DNA of 64,000 nucleotides from a virus (lineage: Duplodnaviria; Caudoviricetes): positions 265 through 64,264 of the IMG/VR virus record IMGVR_UViG_3300020202_000003, one strand, 5' to 3'. Positions 18,145 through 28,716 of this stretch are shown piece by piece (the first letter of the stretch is position 1; every line of letters begins with the position of its first letter). Both the position numbers and the translations under genes were made by a program. Below the pieces are notes generated by a model. It was not told the DNA's origin, searched no databases, and saw nothing but the letters and a program-made list of their open reading frames with translations.

Positions 18145-18373
18145 ACGCTGTGGCCACCGTTTTCTTGGTCTGCGACAGGTTCGCCGCCGCATCATACGGC
18201 TGCATCATGAAATGCACGGGCTTGCCGGGTGGAATCTCCACGTTGAGCGAGAGCGCCAGCGTGTCCTTCGGCAGGTACAGCGCACGCTCCTCGGACTCGC
18301 CCGTGCTCCAACTGATCCGATACCCCGACGCCCCTGTCACCGCTGCCCATTTGATCTCCACTGTCATCCGCAT
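18131..18373 (-). CDS. Stand-alone fibronectin type III-like protein
   Basis: W-x2-V-x-GA-x-GY-x-I-x-W ... YDAAANLS pattern; AAGGAGG RBS. Confidence 0.6.
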   Translation of the reverse strand: MRMTVEIKWAAVTGASGYRISWSTGESEERALYLPKDTLALSLNVEIPPGKPVHFMMQPYDAAANLSQTKKTVATAYVAG

Positions 18374-18391
18374 AGCGCCTCCTTGGTTAGT

Positions 18392-18658
18392 TCACTGACC
18401 CGCAGCGTTCCTCAGTGCGCGAAGCGTTTCTTCGAGGTCTGTCTCCAAGACCCGCTCCACCGAGATCCATTGACCATCACCAAACGCCATGATCCACTCC
18501 GTCATACTCCCTGGCCCCGACAGCATGAACACGAGGGCGCCGTTCTGAATCTCCCAGTAGGTGGCTCGCACGTCCACGACTGGGTGTCGAAAATCCGTGA
18601 GGCGCACACGGAAGGTGTTCCTGACGTACCCATCCGCATCAAAGGTGTCAGATCGCAT
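18392..18658 (-). CDS. Hypothetical protein
   Basis: Overlaps the end of TerL, 88 aa. Confidence 0.6.
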   Translation of the reverse strand: MRSDTFDADGYVRNTFRVRLTDFRHPVVDVRATYWEIQNGALVFMLSGPGSMTEWIMAFGDGQWISVERVLETDLEETLRALRNAAGQ

Positions 18659-20819
18659 ACTGATTCGCTCGCTTCGTTTGCGGCTGCTTGTTCTTCGCCG
18701 GCGGATTCACTTTTCTCGCAAACACCCGCGACAACCCATGCCCGATGGCTTCCCCCACCGACGTCAAGGGATGAAACTTGCGCGGCTCACTCTTCGAAAT
18801 CACCCCGCTCTGATCCTTCCGATACGCATAGCCCCCGCTCAACGCTTCGTGAATCCAGTTCTTCTCCTCGCCCGGCGTGCGAGCCGCATTGACCGTGAGC
18901 CGATCGGTTTGGCTCAACAAGCCGACAATCGCATTGAGGCGCGTGAAGAAGTTGACTTCCCCCGGCTCGGGGCTGCCGTCCAACAACGATTGGATGATCT
19001 GATCCAAGTGATGCTCGCTCGGATCGCTGTTCGCCGACTTCGGCCCGTGGTTCGTGATGTCCCGCCAGTTCGTACAGCCGCGGTAGTCGGCGGACATGAG
19101 CGGAATGACCTTCTGCTGAATCAATTGCTCGATCGTCGTCGATTGCTCGCCGAGCACGCAATCCAAGAGCACAATGCGCCCGGTCGACCACTGTTGCCCC
19201 ACGACGCAACAGGGATAGACGCCCTGATACCAGAACCGGAAGCATTGCAGATCGCCTTGCACGGGTTTCATGGCGCGTGGCGATTGGTGGAAGCGTGCGG
19301 AGTATTGGGGCGTGATGGCAATGCCGGGATCTTCTGGTTTGTAGAGCACATCCATAGCTTGACTCCAGGTATCCACTTGATCGTCATGGGAGGCGTTCGG
19401 GAAGGTCGCGCACTCGTCAATGAACCCGTTGACCCACGGCGCAATGGCCGGATGCGGCAGATAACAATTCCCCGCACTCGGCAAATGCGAGTACGCCGCC
19501 GCGCGCGCTTGCTTCTCGCCCTGGACACCCTCGGCGCGCAGCCCAGGCAATTCGCGCTTGAGTACGGACACGATGGCGGGCCCGTTGGCCGTATCCTCGA
19601 CCACTTTCTCACTCGGGAGCGGCCACGTCTTGTTGAACGCCCGTACTGCGTTGAGCGTCATCGTGAAATCCATCTGTCCGCGGACCTGATCCAAGAGAAA
19701 CGCATCCGGCCCTTTCTTGCCCCACTGCTGGCCGACCACGTAATCGTTCGTCGTCAGATCCTTAAACGTCATATCCCAGGACTGGGCTTGCCGATCGAAG
19801 GCATACGGCAACGGTATCGGCTTGATCTCGAGGAACGTCCCATCGGCGAGTTTCATCCGGACCGGCGGTAAGGTGTCTTCTTGACCGGGATAACACCAGT
19901 ATTTCCACCAATGCCGCTTGAGAATGCCGCCCTCGGCTGGTGCGGGCCGCTGTTGCAACTGCGCCGCGGCCCCGTACTCTTTCAAATCCTTCTTGAGCTG
20001 TTGGATTTCCTCTTTGCCGTACCGATCCTTCCACAACGGCTCGCCGTCGACCGTGCGCGGATCCTTGTCCCAGTGAAAGACACAGCCCGTCACAATGCAC
20101 TTTCCACCCTCGTACTCAGCCGGCAGATTCAAGTGATGCCAGCCGCCTTGCTCCAACAGATGCCCGGCTAAATCGTGTTCATGGACGCGCTGCATCACGA
20201 CAATCCGCCGCCGCTTCTTGGGATTGTTGATGCGCGTGCTCATGACGTTCGACCACCAATCGATCGCGCCCTCGCGCATGACGTCACTCTCACGCTCTTC
20301 AACATTGTGCGGATCGTCGACGACGATGATATCGCCGCCTTCGCCGGTATTGGACCCGCCGACCGACGTGGCCATGCGATAACCGCTCTTGTCGTTCTCA
20401 AACTTCAGCTTTTGGTTTTGATCCGAGGTCAGAGAGAACACATGGCCCCACCGCTCGCGATACCAGGGCGACTCGATCAAGCGCCGCATCTTCACACTGT
20501 CCCGGATCGACAGGCTTTGCGCATAGGAGGAATACAGCCAGCGCAACGAGGGTTCTTGCGTCCACACGAACGCGGGGAACATCACCGCCACTTCGATACT
20601 CTTCATGTGCCGCGGTGGCATGTTGATCAGGAGATCATTGATTTCACACTGCCAGACCGCTTCAAGGAATTCCGCGAGAACGTCCAGGTGCCAATTGGGA
20701 ATGAAGGGGGTGGCGGGTTCGAGGATCGGCCAGGCGAGCTCCGTGAACGCGGCAAGGCCCCAGCGACGGACTGCCTCGACATCCTCCTCAACGTCGGTGA
20801 ACTGTTCAGCCGTTAACAT
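18648..20819 (-). CDS. terL: Terminase large subunit with C-terminal extension
   Basis: INMPPRHMKS (Walker A), IIVVDDPH (Walker B), VMQR, QSWD...DDQVD nuclease motifs. Confidence 0.93.
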   Translation of the reverse strand: MLTAEQFTDVEEDVEAVRRWGLAAFTELAWPILEPATPFIPNWHLDVLAEFLEAVWQCEINDLLINMPPRHMKSIEVAVMFPAFVWTQEPSLRWLYSSYAQSLSIRDSVKMRRLIESPWYRERWGHVFSLTSDQNQKLKFENDKSGYRMATSVGGSNTGEGGDIIVVDDPHNVEERESDVMREGAIDWWSNVMSTRINNPKKRRRIVVMQRVHEHDLAGHLLEQGGWHHLNLPAEYEGGKCIVTGCVFHWDKDPRTVDGEPLWKDRYGKEEIQQLKKDLKEYGAAAQLQQRPAPAEGGILKRHWWKYWCYPGQEDTLPPVRMKLADGTFLEIKPIPLPYAFDRQAQSWDMTFKDLTTNDYVVGQQWGKKGPDAFLLDQVRGQMDFTMTLNAVRAFNKTWPLPSEKVVEDTANGPAIVSVLKRELPGLRAEGVQGEKQARAAAYSHLPSAGNCYLPHPAIAPWVNGFIDECATFPNASHDDQVDTWSQAMDVLYKPEDPGIAITPQYSARFHQSPRAMKPVQGDLQCFRFWYQGVYPCCVVGQQWSTGRIVLLDCVLGEQSTTIEQLIQQKVIPLMSADYRGCTNWRDITNHGPKSANSDPSEHHLDQIIQSLLDGSPEPGEVNFFTRLNAIVGLLSQTDRLTVNAARTPGEEKNWIHEALSGGYAYRKDQSGVISKSEPRKFHPLTSVGEAIGHGLSRVFARKVNPPAKNKQPQTKRANQYAI

Positions 20820-21438
20820 TCTGCTCCTGAATCATGGCCTTCTTCCGCAGCCGCATATGCTCTTTGAATTCCTCGTCCGTCAGCTTCGACAGATCGTAGC
20901 GCGGCCGCGTCGGCCCATTGCCCGCCGCCTTGTCCTTCGGCGTCGGGATATCCCCGGCCAGCTTCGAATAATTCATGATCGCGGTTTGTTTATCGTGAAC
21001 CTTGACCTCCAACACGAAACTGACGGGATCGACTTTGAACGACTGAATACAGCGCCGAATATGCTCCGGCATGTCACGAATCGATTTGAAGTGATTGAGG
21101 TCGTCAAACATTTCGAGCGGGTCCAGTAAGGCCATATTGCCGAGCTCTTCCATGCGACGTTGCAAACTAATCAGCGTGGGTGGTGAGGGTTCAGGCAGGA
21201 CGGCAGGAGCCGTGACCGATTTCGTGGCTAGGGTGATGGCTAGGGTAATGCGCTTATCTCGCAGGAGTTTGGCGGCTTCGACGGAGATCGCTTTCTTGCT
21301 CATCCCTTTCGCATCGAACGCTTTCTTGTAGGCGTCCGAGGGATGAAACCCGGCGAGAATGGCGTCACGAAAGGCAGCTTGTTTCTGGGTGAGTGGTTTT
21401 GACCGAGGGGTTTGCCTAGTTGACTTTTCGTCAGGCAT
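20806..21438 (-). CDS. terS: Terminase small subunit
   Basis: LTQKQAAF...SDAYKKAF...AAKLL HTH; VHDKQTA; upstream of terL. Confidence 0.85.
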   Translation of the reverse strand: MPDEKSTRQTPRSKPLTQKQAAFRDAILAGFHPSDAYKKAFDAKGMSKKAISVEAAKLLRDKRITLAITLATKSVTAPAVLPEPSPPTLISLQRRMEELGNMALLDPLEMFDDLNHFKSIRDMPEHIRRCIQSFKVDPVSFVLEVKVHDKQTAIMNYSKLAGDIPTPKDKAAGNGPTRPRYDLSKLTDEEFKEHMRLRKKAMIQEQNVNG

Positions 21439-21451
21439 GTTGGCCGATCCT

Positions 21452-21471
21452 ATCACTTTCTGGAAAGTAAG
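21452..21471. repeat. 20-bp palindromic motif, copy F
   Basis: ATCACTTTC-TG-GAAAGTAAG between rep stop and terS; extra half-site GTCACTATC adjacent. Confidence 0.85.
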
Positions 21472-21477
21472 TCACTA

Positions 21478-22377
21478 TCACTGCACCATTCGCATGCTGC
21501 CCCTCAACCGGTCCAGCTTCGCCGCGACTTCCGGCGGACAGGGGTCGACTTTGGATTCATCGATTTTGGGGGCAGGTTGGAATGCCTTGGGGACCGGATC
21601 TCTCGGTTTCTTAGGTTCTGACGCCGACGAAGGTTGCACTGGGTCAATCCAGTCGCGCCACGGTTCATGGCCCTTCCCGTCACGGAGAAACCGCTTGGGA
21701 TCTTTCGCACTGATGCCCTGGTCTTTCAGCGCCTCGGCATAGTTTCGAGCGGCTTGCACCGCAAGGGCCTGGTCTTGGATGGAAAGCTTGCGAAAGAGGG
21801 CTTCTGTTGCTGCCTTCTCAAGCTTTTTCCCATTCCGTGCTGGATAGGCCTGCCAGAACTCCTGAAAGCGTGAGCCGGTGCCGTCGTCTTCAGGCACCGG
21901 TTTAAAAGCGGGATTCGAGGATCGGGATTCGGGATTCGGGATTCGGAGATCGAGAGAATCTGTGCGCATCTGTGCGCATGTGTGCGCATCCTTTGTTTCT
22001 CGCGTAGTTAGTAGATGGGGTACTCCCGACACAGGGTCGGGGTACTTCGACTCCTTGGCGCGTCGGTAGATATGGATGTCAGCGGTGTTTATCTGAAGGT
22101 AAGACTTGGATCCGACTTGATAGATCTTAATCATAGGTTCTTGGTCTTTCGCGCGGAGCGTCGCCAACTCATGAAGACATCGACTCACCTTAAAGATGTT
22201 CCACCCCTTCGGCACTCGCTGAAAACAGGTCGTAAACACCACTTCAGGATCAGCCTCCATCCGGCCAAAGTCATCGACGGAAGTAATCAACCGGTACCAC
22301 AATCTCTCGGCAGCATCGGAGACAATCTGCAAACTAGCGCTGCGTCGATTACATTCTTTTAAGTCTCTGTTTGGCAC
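21478..22377 (-). CDS. Phage replication initiator (lambda O/DnaD-like architecture)
   Basis: MPNR...LITSVDDFGR N-domain; FQEFWQAYP...K.KA C-domain; internal iterons. Confidence 0.8.
   Translation of the reverse strand: MPNRDLKECNRRSASLQIVSDAAERLWYRLITSVDDFGRMEADPEVVFTTCFQRVPKGWNIFKVSRCLHELATLRAKDQEPMIKIYQVGSKSYLQINTADIHIYRRAKESKYPDPVSGVPHLLTTRETKDAHTCAQMRTDSLDLRIPNPESRSSNPAFKPVPEDDGTGSRFQEFWQAYPARNGKKLEKAATEALFRKLSIQDQALAVQAARNYAEALKDQGISAKDPKRFLRDGKGHEPWRDWIDPVQPSSASEPKKPRDPVPKAFQPAPKIDESKVDPCPPEVAAKLDRLRGSMRMVQ
21909..21990. repeat. Putative replication-origin iterons within the initiator gene
   Basis: GGGATTC x3 tandem (21924-21944) and TGTGCGCAT(C/G) x3 tandem (21961-21990). Confidence 0.7.
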
Positions 22378-22379
22378 AG

Positions 22380-22946
22380 CTAGACCTCTTGCATAAAAGG
22401 TTGAACGCTTGCGAGAAGCGTCTCAGTGGAATAATCAGTCAGGTAGGAACATACCTCTGCGGCTGGCTGGAATGGCTCATCTTTAATCTCTTTTCCTGTG
22501 AATCGAAAGGTGTGAAGCCCAAGCCTGGCTAAGTCCCGATCCCGCCTCTTCTCATATCGGCGCTCTTGCTCGGTCCGTTCATGCCATTGCTGGGAATCAC
22601 ACTCGACAATGACGCTTTTCGGCTCAGGCGTACCGTTTGGGTTGTAGCCGAACCAACGAATATAAAAATCAACTCTGTATGTCTGGATCGAAAACTGTGG
22701 CTGAATGAGCATCCCGAAAACTCGGTCACGCCCATCGATCACGAAGCAATCATGTGTTGGAATGTAATTCAGCTCTAAAATCGTCTTGAAGGCAGAATAG
22801 AATAACTGCTCAATCGGAGACTGGATTTCACAACTTTCATATTCACACAACACATCTTGGGTGAAGGCATCCCGTGCACGAACAGCCACGGACAGGGCAC
22901 AGCGATCCAAATGAGCAACAACCTCTTTTGAGTACTCAGTTCCCAT
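22380..22946 (-). CDS. DUF559/Vsr-like endonuclease
   Basis: SPIE...Q..I..YRVDF...VECDS..WH...RD..L...G....RFTG. Confidence 0.85.
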   Translation of the reverse strand: MGTEYSKEVVAHLDRCALSVAVRARDAFTQDVLCEYESCEIQSPIEQLFYSAFKTILELNYIPTHDCFVIDGRDRVFGMLIQPQFSIQTYRVDFYIRWFGYNPNGTPEPKSVIVECDSQQWHERTEQERRYEKRRDRDLARLGLHTFRFTGKEIKDEPFQPAAEVCSYLTDYSTETLLASVQPFMQEV

Positions 22947-22993
22947 ATAGCCTCCAAGCTAGGGGTTTCCCGGGTCCCTGTGGACAAATTTTT

Positions 22994-25900
22994 TTAGACT
23001 GACTTTCTCGATAGTGAGCGGTTCTTACCGGCCTTCTTTTTTGCTGGCTTTGCTGATACCTTGGCCTTCGTCGACGCCCGATCGCGGGCCTTGAGGGCGT
23101 TCTGTGCGGCCGTCAGGGCGTCTTGTAACTCATCAACTCTTCTGCAGACCCTAATACGAAATTGTTCATCAAACAAACTGGCCTCCCCACCACCAAAAAG
23201 AATCAACTGGCCCATGCTTCTCCAGGCATGGTATTCAATCGCCACAGCTTTAAATCGCGAAAGCACTGCCTCTCGAGACTGAACCGCCACATCGATCGCC
23301 TGTCGGAGCGAGACAGCATTGAATTGCGCATCCTGCAGCTCTTTGAGCACCGTGTCATAGTCCTTCTTCCGCACAAACCCCGGCATTTCTCCGTCCATCA
23401 CGACTCCTTTCGTTCGGCCACAATCCGATAATAGGCACCATGCTCGGCACTTTCTTGAAACACCCAGCGCACGACATACCCTTGTGCCACGATCTCATTC
23501 AACCGCTTATCCAGACTATACGGAGCACACGGGTCCGCGACCCATTGTTCGCTCATTGGACGCACTCCTGCATGACTTTCCGCCAATACTCCGCTAGCTC
23601 TTTATCCTCTTGCGGAGGCAGCTTCGCTGTAATGCGTGCACCGCTCGGCTGATAATTCGGCACGTATCCATTTGCTCGACGCATCGCCTCCCGCATCTTG
23701 GCGAGACACACGGCCATTGGGTCATCCTTCGCAATATGGGCCCCAGCCGGGCACATAGATCCGGCAGCATGTACGCTCGGCTTCACCGTATATTCATTTT
23801 CCCCAGTTTCGATCAGGTCGGCACGGTACGCTCCACATTCATCGCCACGAAGGAAGCTTGAATTTGCGCTTTGCACCCGGTGTTTCGTCTGCACGTAGTA
23901 CCATTGCCAATCTTTAAGATCCCCCGCCCCCACCACACCTGGCAGGAGGATGGCTAGCATTACCAACGTATAGATTCGCATGCCTCTCCTTGCCTCCATG
24001 AATATCGATGGATATGCCCGTCGGGCTCGCTCACCTCGCACCAATGCTCGCCGGTCCTCCAATCGTGATACGTGTGGGCCTTTGCACATCCGACTGATAC
24101 GATAATGGCGACTAGCAAGAGGATCATTGGCTACGCTCCTCTCGTTCCCACCGATCAGGCTTCTTGGTCATGGCGCTCCTCTTTCTCCTTGTAGAACACC
24201 TGCCCCCACATTGTTTCAACGCGCATGACCCAACGTAGCCACGCTCGTTTCCCGGTGTATTCCCAACGGACACCATCAAAGTCGAACTCAGCAATCTTGA
24301 CTGGCCACCAAGCAAAGTACGGTTTATGTGGGATCATGGGCGCTCCTCGCGTGGGTTTCACCACCGTTTCCATATGACCTTCGCGTTGCAATAGCATTGC
24401 ACGCACCAAAATAATCCCCGGCCAATCCGTTCACAGATCGTTCCACAGCCTTGATGATGCGGATATTTCTTAGGCAATCTCATGACTTCCCCTCGGCCCT
24501 CTGCTGATCGAGCCATTCCCTAAACTCAAGCACCACATTCAGTACGGATCGCTCGTCGTTAGCCAATCGAACCTCTAGATTGTCCTTTGCATCAGCCAGC
24601 GCGGCCTGGTAGCCTGCCTTGATAAGCCCTCGGTCATCGGTCAACGGCGTAGCATCGATAATCTCGCTGATTTTCTTATCAAACTCTTCAGGCGTCATGA
24701 TGGCTGCTCCTCGTTGAGGGCTAGTTTGACCACTCTCACGACGGCTAAACACACGTCGCATTGACACCCATCAAGCGCACCAGACTCAAGATGCTTGGCT
24801 ACCTCCAATTCTTTCTGCTTGAGTAAATCAGCCTCTCGCTGCTTCGCCTCGTCTCGTTGTTTCCGCATGAGGACATTGGCTATTATCACCTTTGCCATTA
24901 CGGTTCCCGGCTCGGGCATATCTACCATCAGTTCACCTGCTGCATCTTTAAGATCCTGCCTCGCCTGCGCCAGGTCTTTCTTGACGGCATCCAGCTCAAC
25001 GCCTTGCTTGTTGAAGTCTAGGAACTTCGCCGTAAATTTACCGTGCCACTCATCCCGCTCCGCCTTCAGCGCCTCGACTTCCTGTTGATGCCGGATCTGT
25101 TCACAAGGCGTCCCGTTCTGCTTGTCATACCAGGCTGTTAATGTTCTAACCTTGTCCTTCAGCGTGGCGTTCTCTTCCTGGACAGCGCGATACGCCCCGA
25201 TGACCTCGTCCCTGAATTTATTGTGATGCCGTATGTCACATTCAGGGTGATTCATCAGGTTCAGGGTATCAACAAATAGGTTCACGTCTAGAGCACGATC
25301 CATCACAACCCCCTCCTTCACGGCTCCCGCTAACAATCATCTAAGTCCCATCCCATCACCTTCTCCACCTTCAACCGATTGATCGCGGGCGCTCATGGCT
25401 TCCCTTTTCGCCGTGACTCAACTTTCTTGATGAGGCTCTTGGCGTCCGTCTGACCACTGAACACAAAATCCGAGATATGCCCATACTCCTCTTCCTCACC
25501 CAGCGCCAGCATGAGCTTTCGCTCAACTTCCCTAAGGTGGTCGTAGTAGTGCCTGGCCAGCATTAGCCACGCGGTCACTTCAAGCTCCACTTTGCTTAAG
25601 CCAATTAAGTCACTTTGTTTCATGCTCCACCTCCCCGAGTTCCTTCAGGATTGCCCTCGCTTTCAGACAATGATTGCATTCATCAGCCGTCAATGGATGT
25701 TCACAGTACCGTTCTGTTTCTTCAGCGAGAGACCGCGCCAGGGTGGCGAGCTTCTGATAGTCGCTATGGAATATATAAACCCCGTTTTGGCGCTGCCGAA
25801 GTACGCCGCCCACATTGTCAAATCGCCTCACCATGCCGCCCTCCGTTCACTGCTAAACAGGTTCCTCTTGCTGCTTTACCTCTCCGGCTTCAGGCCCCAT

Positions 25901-27190
25901 TAGCGCCTTGATGTAATCTGGAGACAGCAACTTAAACTCAAACAACCGTGCGTCCAGCTTAAACTTTAAGCGAAACCCGCGCATTTCCTCACAGGCATAG
26001 AACGGCCAGTCAATAGCATTGCATCTCAGAATGTCTCCCTGCCATGAACGATCGGTAGGTATCCTGAGATTGTTCACGATCGTAAAATATGACCCTACTT
26101 GAATTTCATCCATCCCCCGCCTCCTGTTCGTGGCCCGGTTACCGCTTCATCACGTCCCGAATCGCCTTTTCAATACACGTCGTCGTACAGCCCTTCCATT
26201 CTGCAATCGCCGCAACCGACCATCCACGGCTAAAGGCCCTCGCTACAGACAGCTTCGTCACCCCTCGTGGGAGCTTCGTTCTCAGCATAGTTCGTGGCCC
26301 ACTGCGCGTTAGCGCTGATCCGCCATGGCAGCCATGCACTGGCCAACTCCATCTAGAAACGCTTTCATTTTCTCCGGCTCCCACCTTACTAGCTCCGCCA
26401 TCTCCACCCTTACGCCAACATGTACTTGCACGGAACCGGCTGGCCTGTGAGATAGCAAAGCGGATTTTACTCTCGTTTTCATTTTCCCTCCTTCCGTAAC
26501 ATCCTCCCCGCCTGCCGTGTCGCGTGCGGCTATGATCGACGCTTCTTAGTGCGAATCTGACGAGCCTCTGAAAGCTCTTCCCAATGCGCACCAGACTCAT
26601 TTCCTTGTTTGGCTATAAGCTGTCGCTTGAGTTTTCTTGCGCCGTAGATCATGGCTGCTTTCGCTCTCGGATTAAGCTTCGATCTGGGCGGCGATAGTTG
26701 CGCAGCTCGTCCTTGATAAAGGCCCCGTTCTTTCTTGCATGGACCGTATAGTGCGGCTCGTCGTACTCTAGGCGATCGTGCAATTCTCCTAGCATCAGCA
26801 CGAACCTCGATTGCCACTCACGCGGCATGCGCTCCAACACCGAGCGCGGGTAGACGAGATACGAGGCATAGGTTAGCCCGAACGAGTCATGCACCGGCGT
26901 TTCCGATTTCGCAAACATCTCGAATATATTTAGATCATCTTCCATCATTGCCCCCGCCTCCCCGGCACGTCCCGCCCCCGGCACGGTCAGGGCCAGGGTG
27001 CGCATCATGAATGCACTCGTTTCACTCCAAAGCCTGTCCGCATCTCTTCATCTGTTCTGGCTGTGATAAAGTACGCCGTCTTCCCTTTGTATCGATCCTT
27101 ACGACGTAAATGCTTGACCCTCACTCTGGCCTTTGAAGCATTCTTGACTCGTATCAATGGCCCGTTATCAAACCGTATGGCGAATACCAT
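22994..27190 (-). CDS. Run of about 15 small early/middle hypothetical genes (including a coiled coil 24695-25303 and a small HTH 26139-26288)
   Basis: Co-oriented, overlapping ORFs with RBSs; no recognised catalytic motifs. Confidence 0.5.
22999..23018. repeat. 20-bp palindromic motif, copy G
   Basis: CTGACTTTC-TC-GATAGTGAG in the last codons of a gene. Confidence 0.8.
23553..23981 (-). CDS. Exported Cys-containing protein
   Basis: MRIYTLVMLAILLPGVVGA| signal peptide, 4 Cys. Confidence 0.65.
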   Translation of the reverse strand: MRIYTLVMLAILLPGVVGAGDLKDWQWYYVQTKHRVQSANSSFLRGDECGAYRADLIETGENEYTVKPSVHAAGSMCPAGAHIAKDDPMAVCLAKMREAMRRANGYVPNYQPSGARITAKLPPQEDKELAEYWRKVMQECVQ

Positions 27191-27206
27191 CGATTAAACT
27201 CCTTTC

Positions 27207-27413
27207 CTACTCGCACCCCAGCGTTAACGCCTCCCACCGCAGCACCGTCGCCTCATTGGGAAATTTGCCGGCTGCCGCAATCATGTCAGACTCGGCAATG
27301 ACGGTTGCCTTGGCCGCCGAGCACCGCGCTTCCATTTCATGATCCGTACACCCCACGAGCGCCCAGACCGACGCGATCACTAAAAATAAGGTCCACGTTT
27401 GGATCAGCTTCAT
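27207..27413 (-). CDS. Small lipoprotein
   Basis: Lipobox ALVG|C. Confidence 0.65.
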   Translation of the reverse strand: MKLIQTWTLFLVIASVWALVGCTDHEMEARCSAAKATVIAESDMIAAAGKFPNEATVLRWEALTLGCE

Positions 27414-28291
27414 GATGTCCCTCCTTCATGTGGGAATTGCCGCACCCGGAGATCCGCCGGCCACTCGTCCGGATCGCCGCCTTTCTTGTCTTTCAGTTGC
27501 AGCGGAAATTTGATGTTCATTGGTTCTGGATACCGACGTTCTCTCCCTTCATACGGTTTCGCGCCGAGCTGCTTCACAAACACCGGCACGCCCGCCGCTT
27601 TGCACTGCTCCACGATCGCGCGAATGTGCGCGAGGTCCGTCGGCCGCGCCTTCGGTCCGGACTCGCCACCGACGACCACCCAGTCGAGCATGCGTAGTCC
27701 GTCGTACTCATTGACGAACGGACGTCGGCCACCGTCTTTATCTTTCCATCCGTCCCACGCCGCCCATCTGAGCGACACCGGCCCGAGCAACGGCTCCGCG
27801 CTGATCCACCGCACCGCCGCCGGCGTCTGCAAGAGAATCGGAATTCGCTCGTCCGCCGTCTTTTGGTCTTCGACGGAGACCCCGAGCCAGACATGTGTAT
27901 AGAAACCATTGGCCCACCCCATGAGTTCCTTGCTTCGAATGAGGTTCATGACTTCCAGCATCCGCGCCGGGCGCTTGGTCAAAATCTGATAGGTATGCTG
28001 TGGCGTCTGCCTAATCGTGGAGAAAACCCAATGAATGAAATCAAACGGCACATCCTCGTGAAACAGATCCGAGAGCGAATTGACGAACACCCGGCGCGGC
28101 TTTTTCCAGTGGAGAGGGATATCGAGGCGATCATGATGCAACTGCACCGGATCGCCGAGCTTGCGCCCTTCCATCCGGAAGGGTGGCGTCCGCTCGATGT
28201 AGCATGACCTACAGCCCTCAGAGACTCTTGAGCATCCAGTCGTTGGATTCCATGTGGTGTCCGTCCACTGAATAGATGTTTTATCTGCCAT
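27410..28291 (-). CDS. DUF5131 (phage Gp37/Gp68, radical-SAM-like) protein
   Basis: IQWTD.TWNP.TGC..VS.GC..CY, FVNSLSDLFH, LTKRP, SAEPLLG, WVVVGGESG, FVKQLG. Confidence 0.92.
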   Translation of the reverse strand: MADKTSIQWTDTTWNPTTGCSRVSEGCRSCYIERTPPFRMEGRKLGDPVQLHHDRLDIPLHWKKPRRVFVNSLSDLFHEDVPFDFIHWVFSTIRQTPQHTYQILTKRPARMLEVMNLIRSKELMGWANGFYTHVWLGVSVEDQKTADERIPILLQTPAAVRWISAEPLLGPVSLRWAAWDGWKDKDGGRRPFVNEYDGLRMLDWVVVGGESGPKARPTDLAHIRAIVEQCKAAGVPVFVKQLGAKPYEGRERRYPEPMNIKFPLQLKDKKGGDPDEWPADLRVRQFPHEGGTS

Positions 28292-28715
28292 GTCGGGCCC
28301 TCATGTTATGACCGGAGATGAACTTTCTCGGACGACCGCTACCGTCGTATTTCGGCAGTTGAACTCCACAGCCACACGCGCATGCCACAGTGGGATTCTC
28401 CTCACCGGGAAGTCGGCGCATACAGGAGTGATCTCTGTGCTGGAAAAGATGGTCTGCTATGCTGGCAGTTACTTCTATATTTGAAGGATCGTTGTTTTGT
28501 TTGTTGTGATCTAGATGATGAACAATCTCACCATCCCGAAGACGACGACCTAATTTTTCTTCAGCAACAAGTCTGTGCTCATAGGCGTACCCTCGAATAT
28601 CGGCAAGGTGATGCTGCTTGCCGACAAAAATCAGGACATATCCATTAGAGGATATAGATTTTCCTCCACGCCAAGCGTTCCCGCGCTTTTCATCCGTCCA
28701 TTGGATCGTGGTCAT
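28281..28715 (-). CDS. HNH homing endonuclease
   Basis: YEHRLVAE...EIVHHLDHNKQNNDPSNI; C-terminal CACGCG...FISGHN; lower GC than flanks. Confidence 0.88.
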   Translation of the reverse strand: MTTIQWTDEKRGNAWRGGKSISSNGYVLIFVGKQHHLADIRGYAYEHRLVAEEKLGRRLRDGEIVHHLDHNKQNNDPSNIEVTASIADHLFQHRDHSCMRRLPGEENPTVACACGCGVQLPKYDGSGRPRKFISGHNMRARHGR

Positions 28716-28716
28716 A

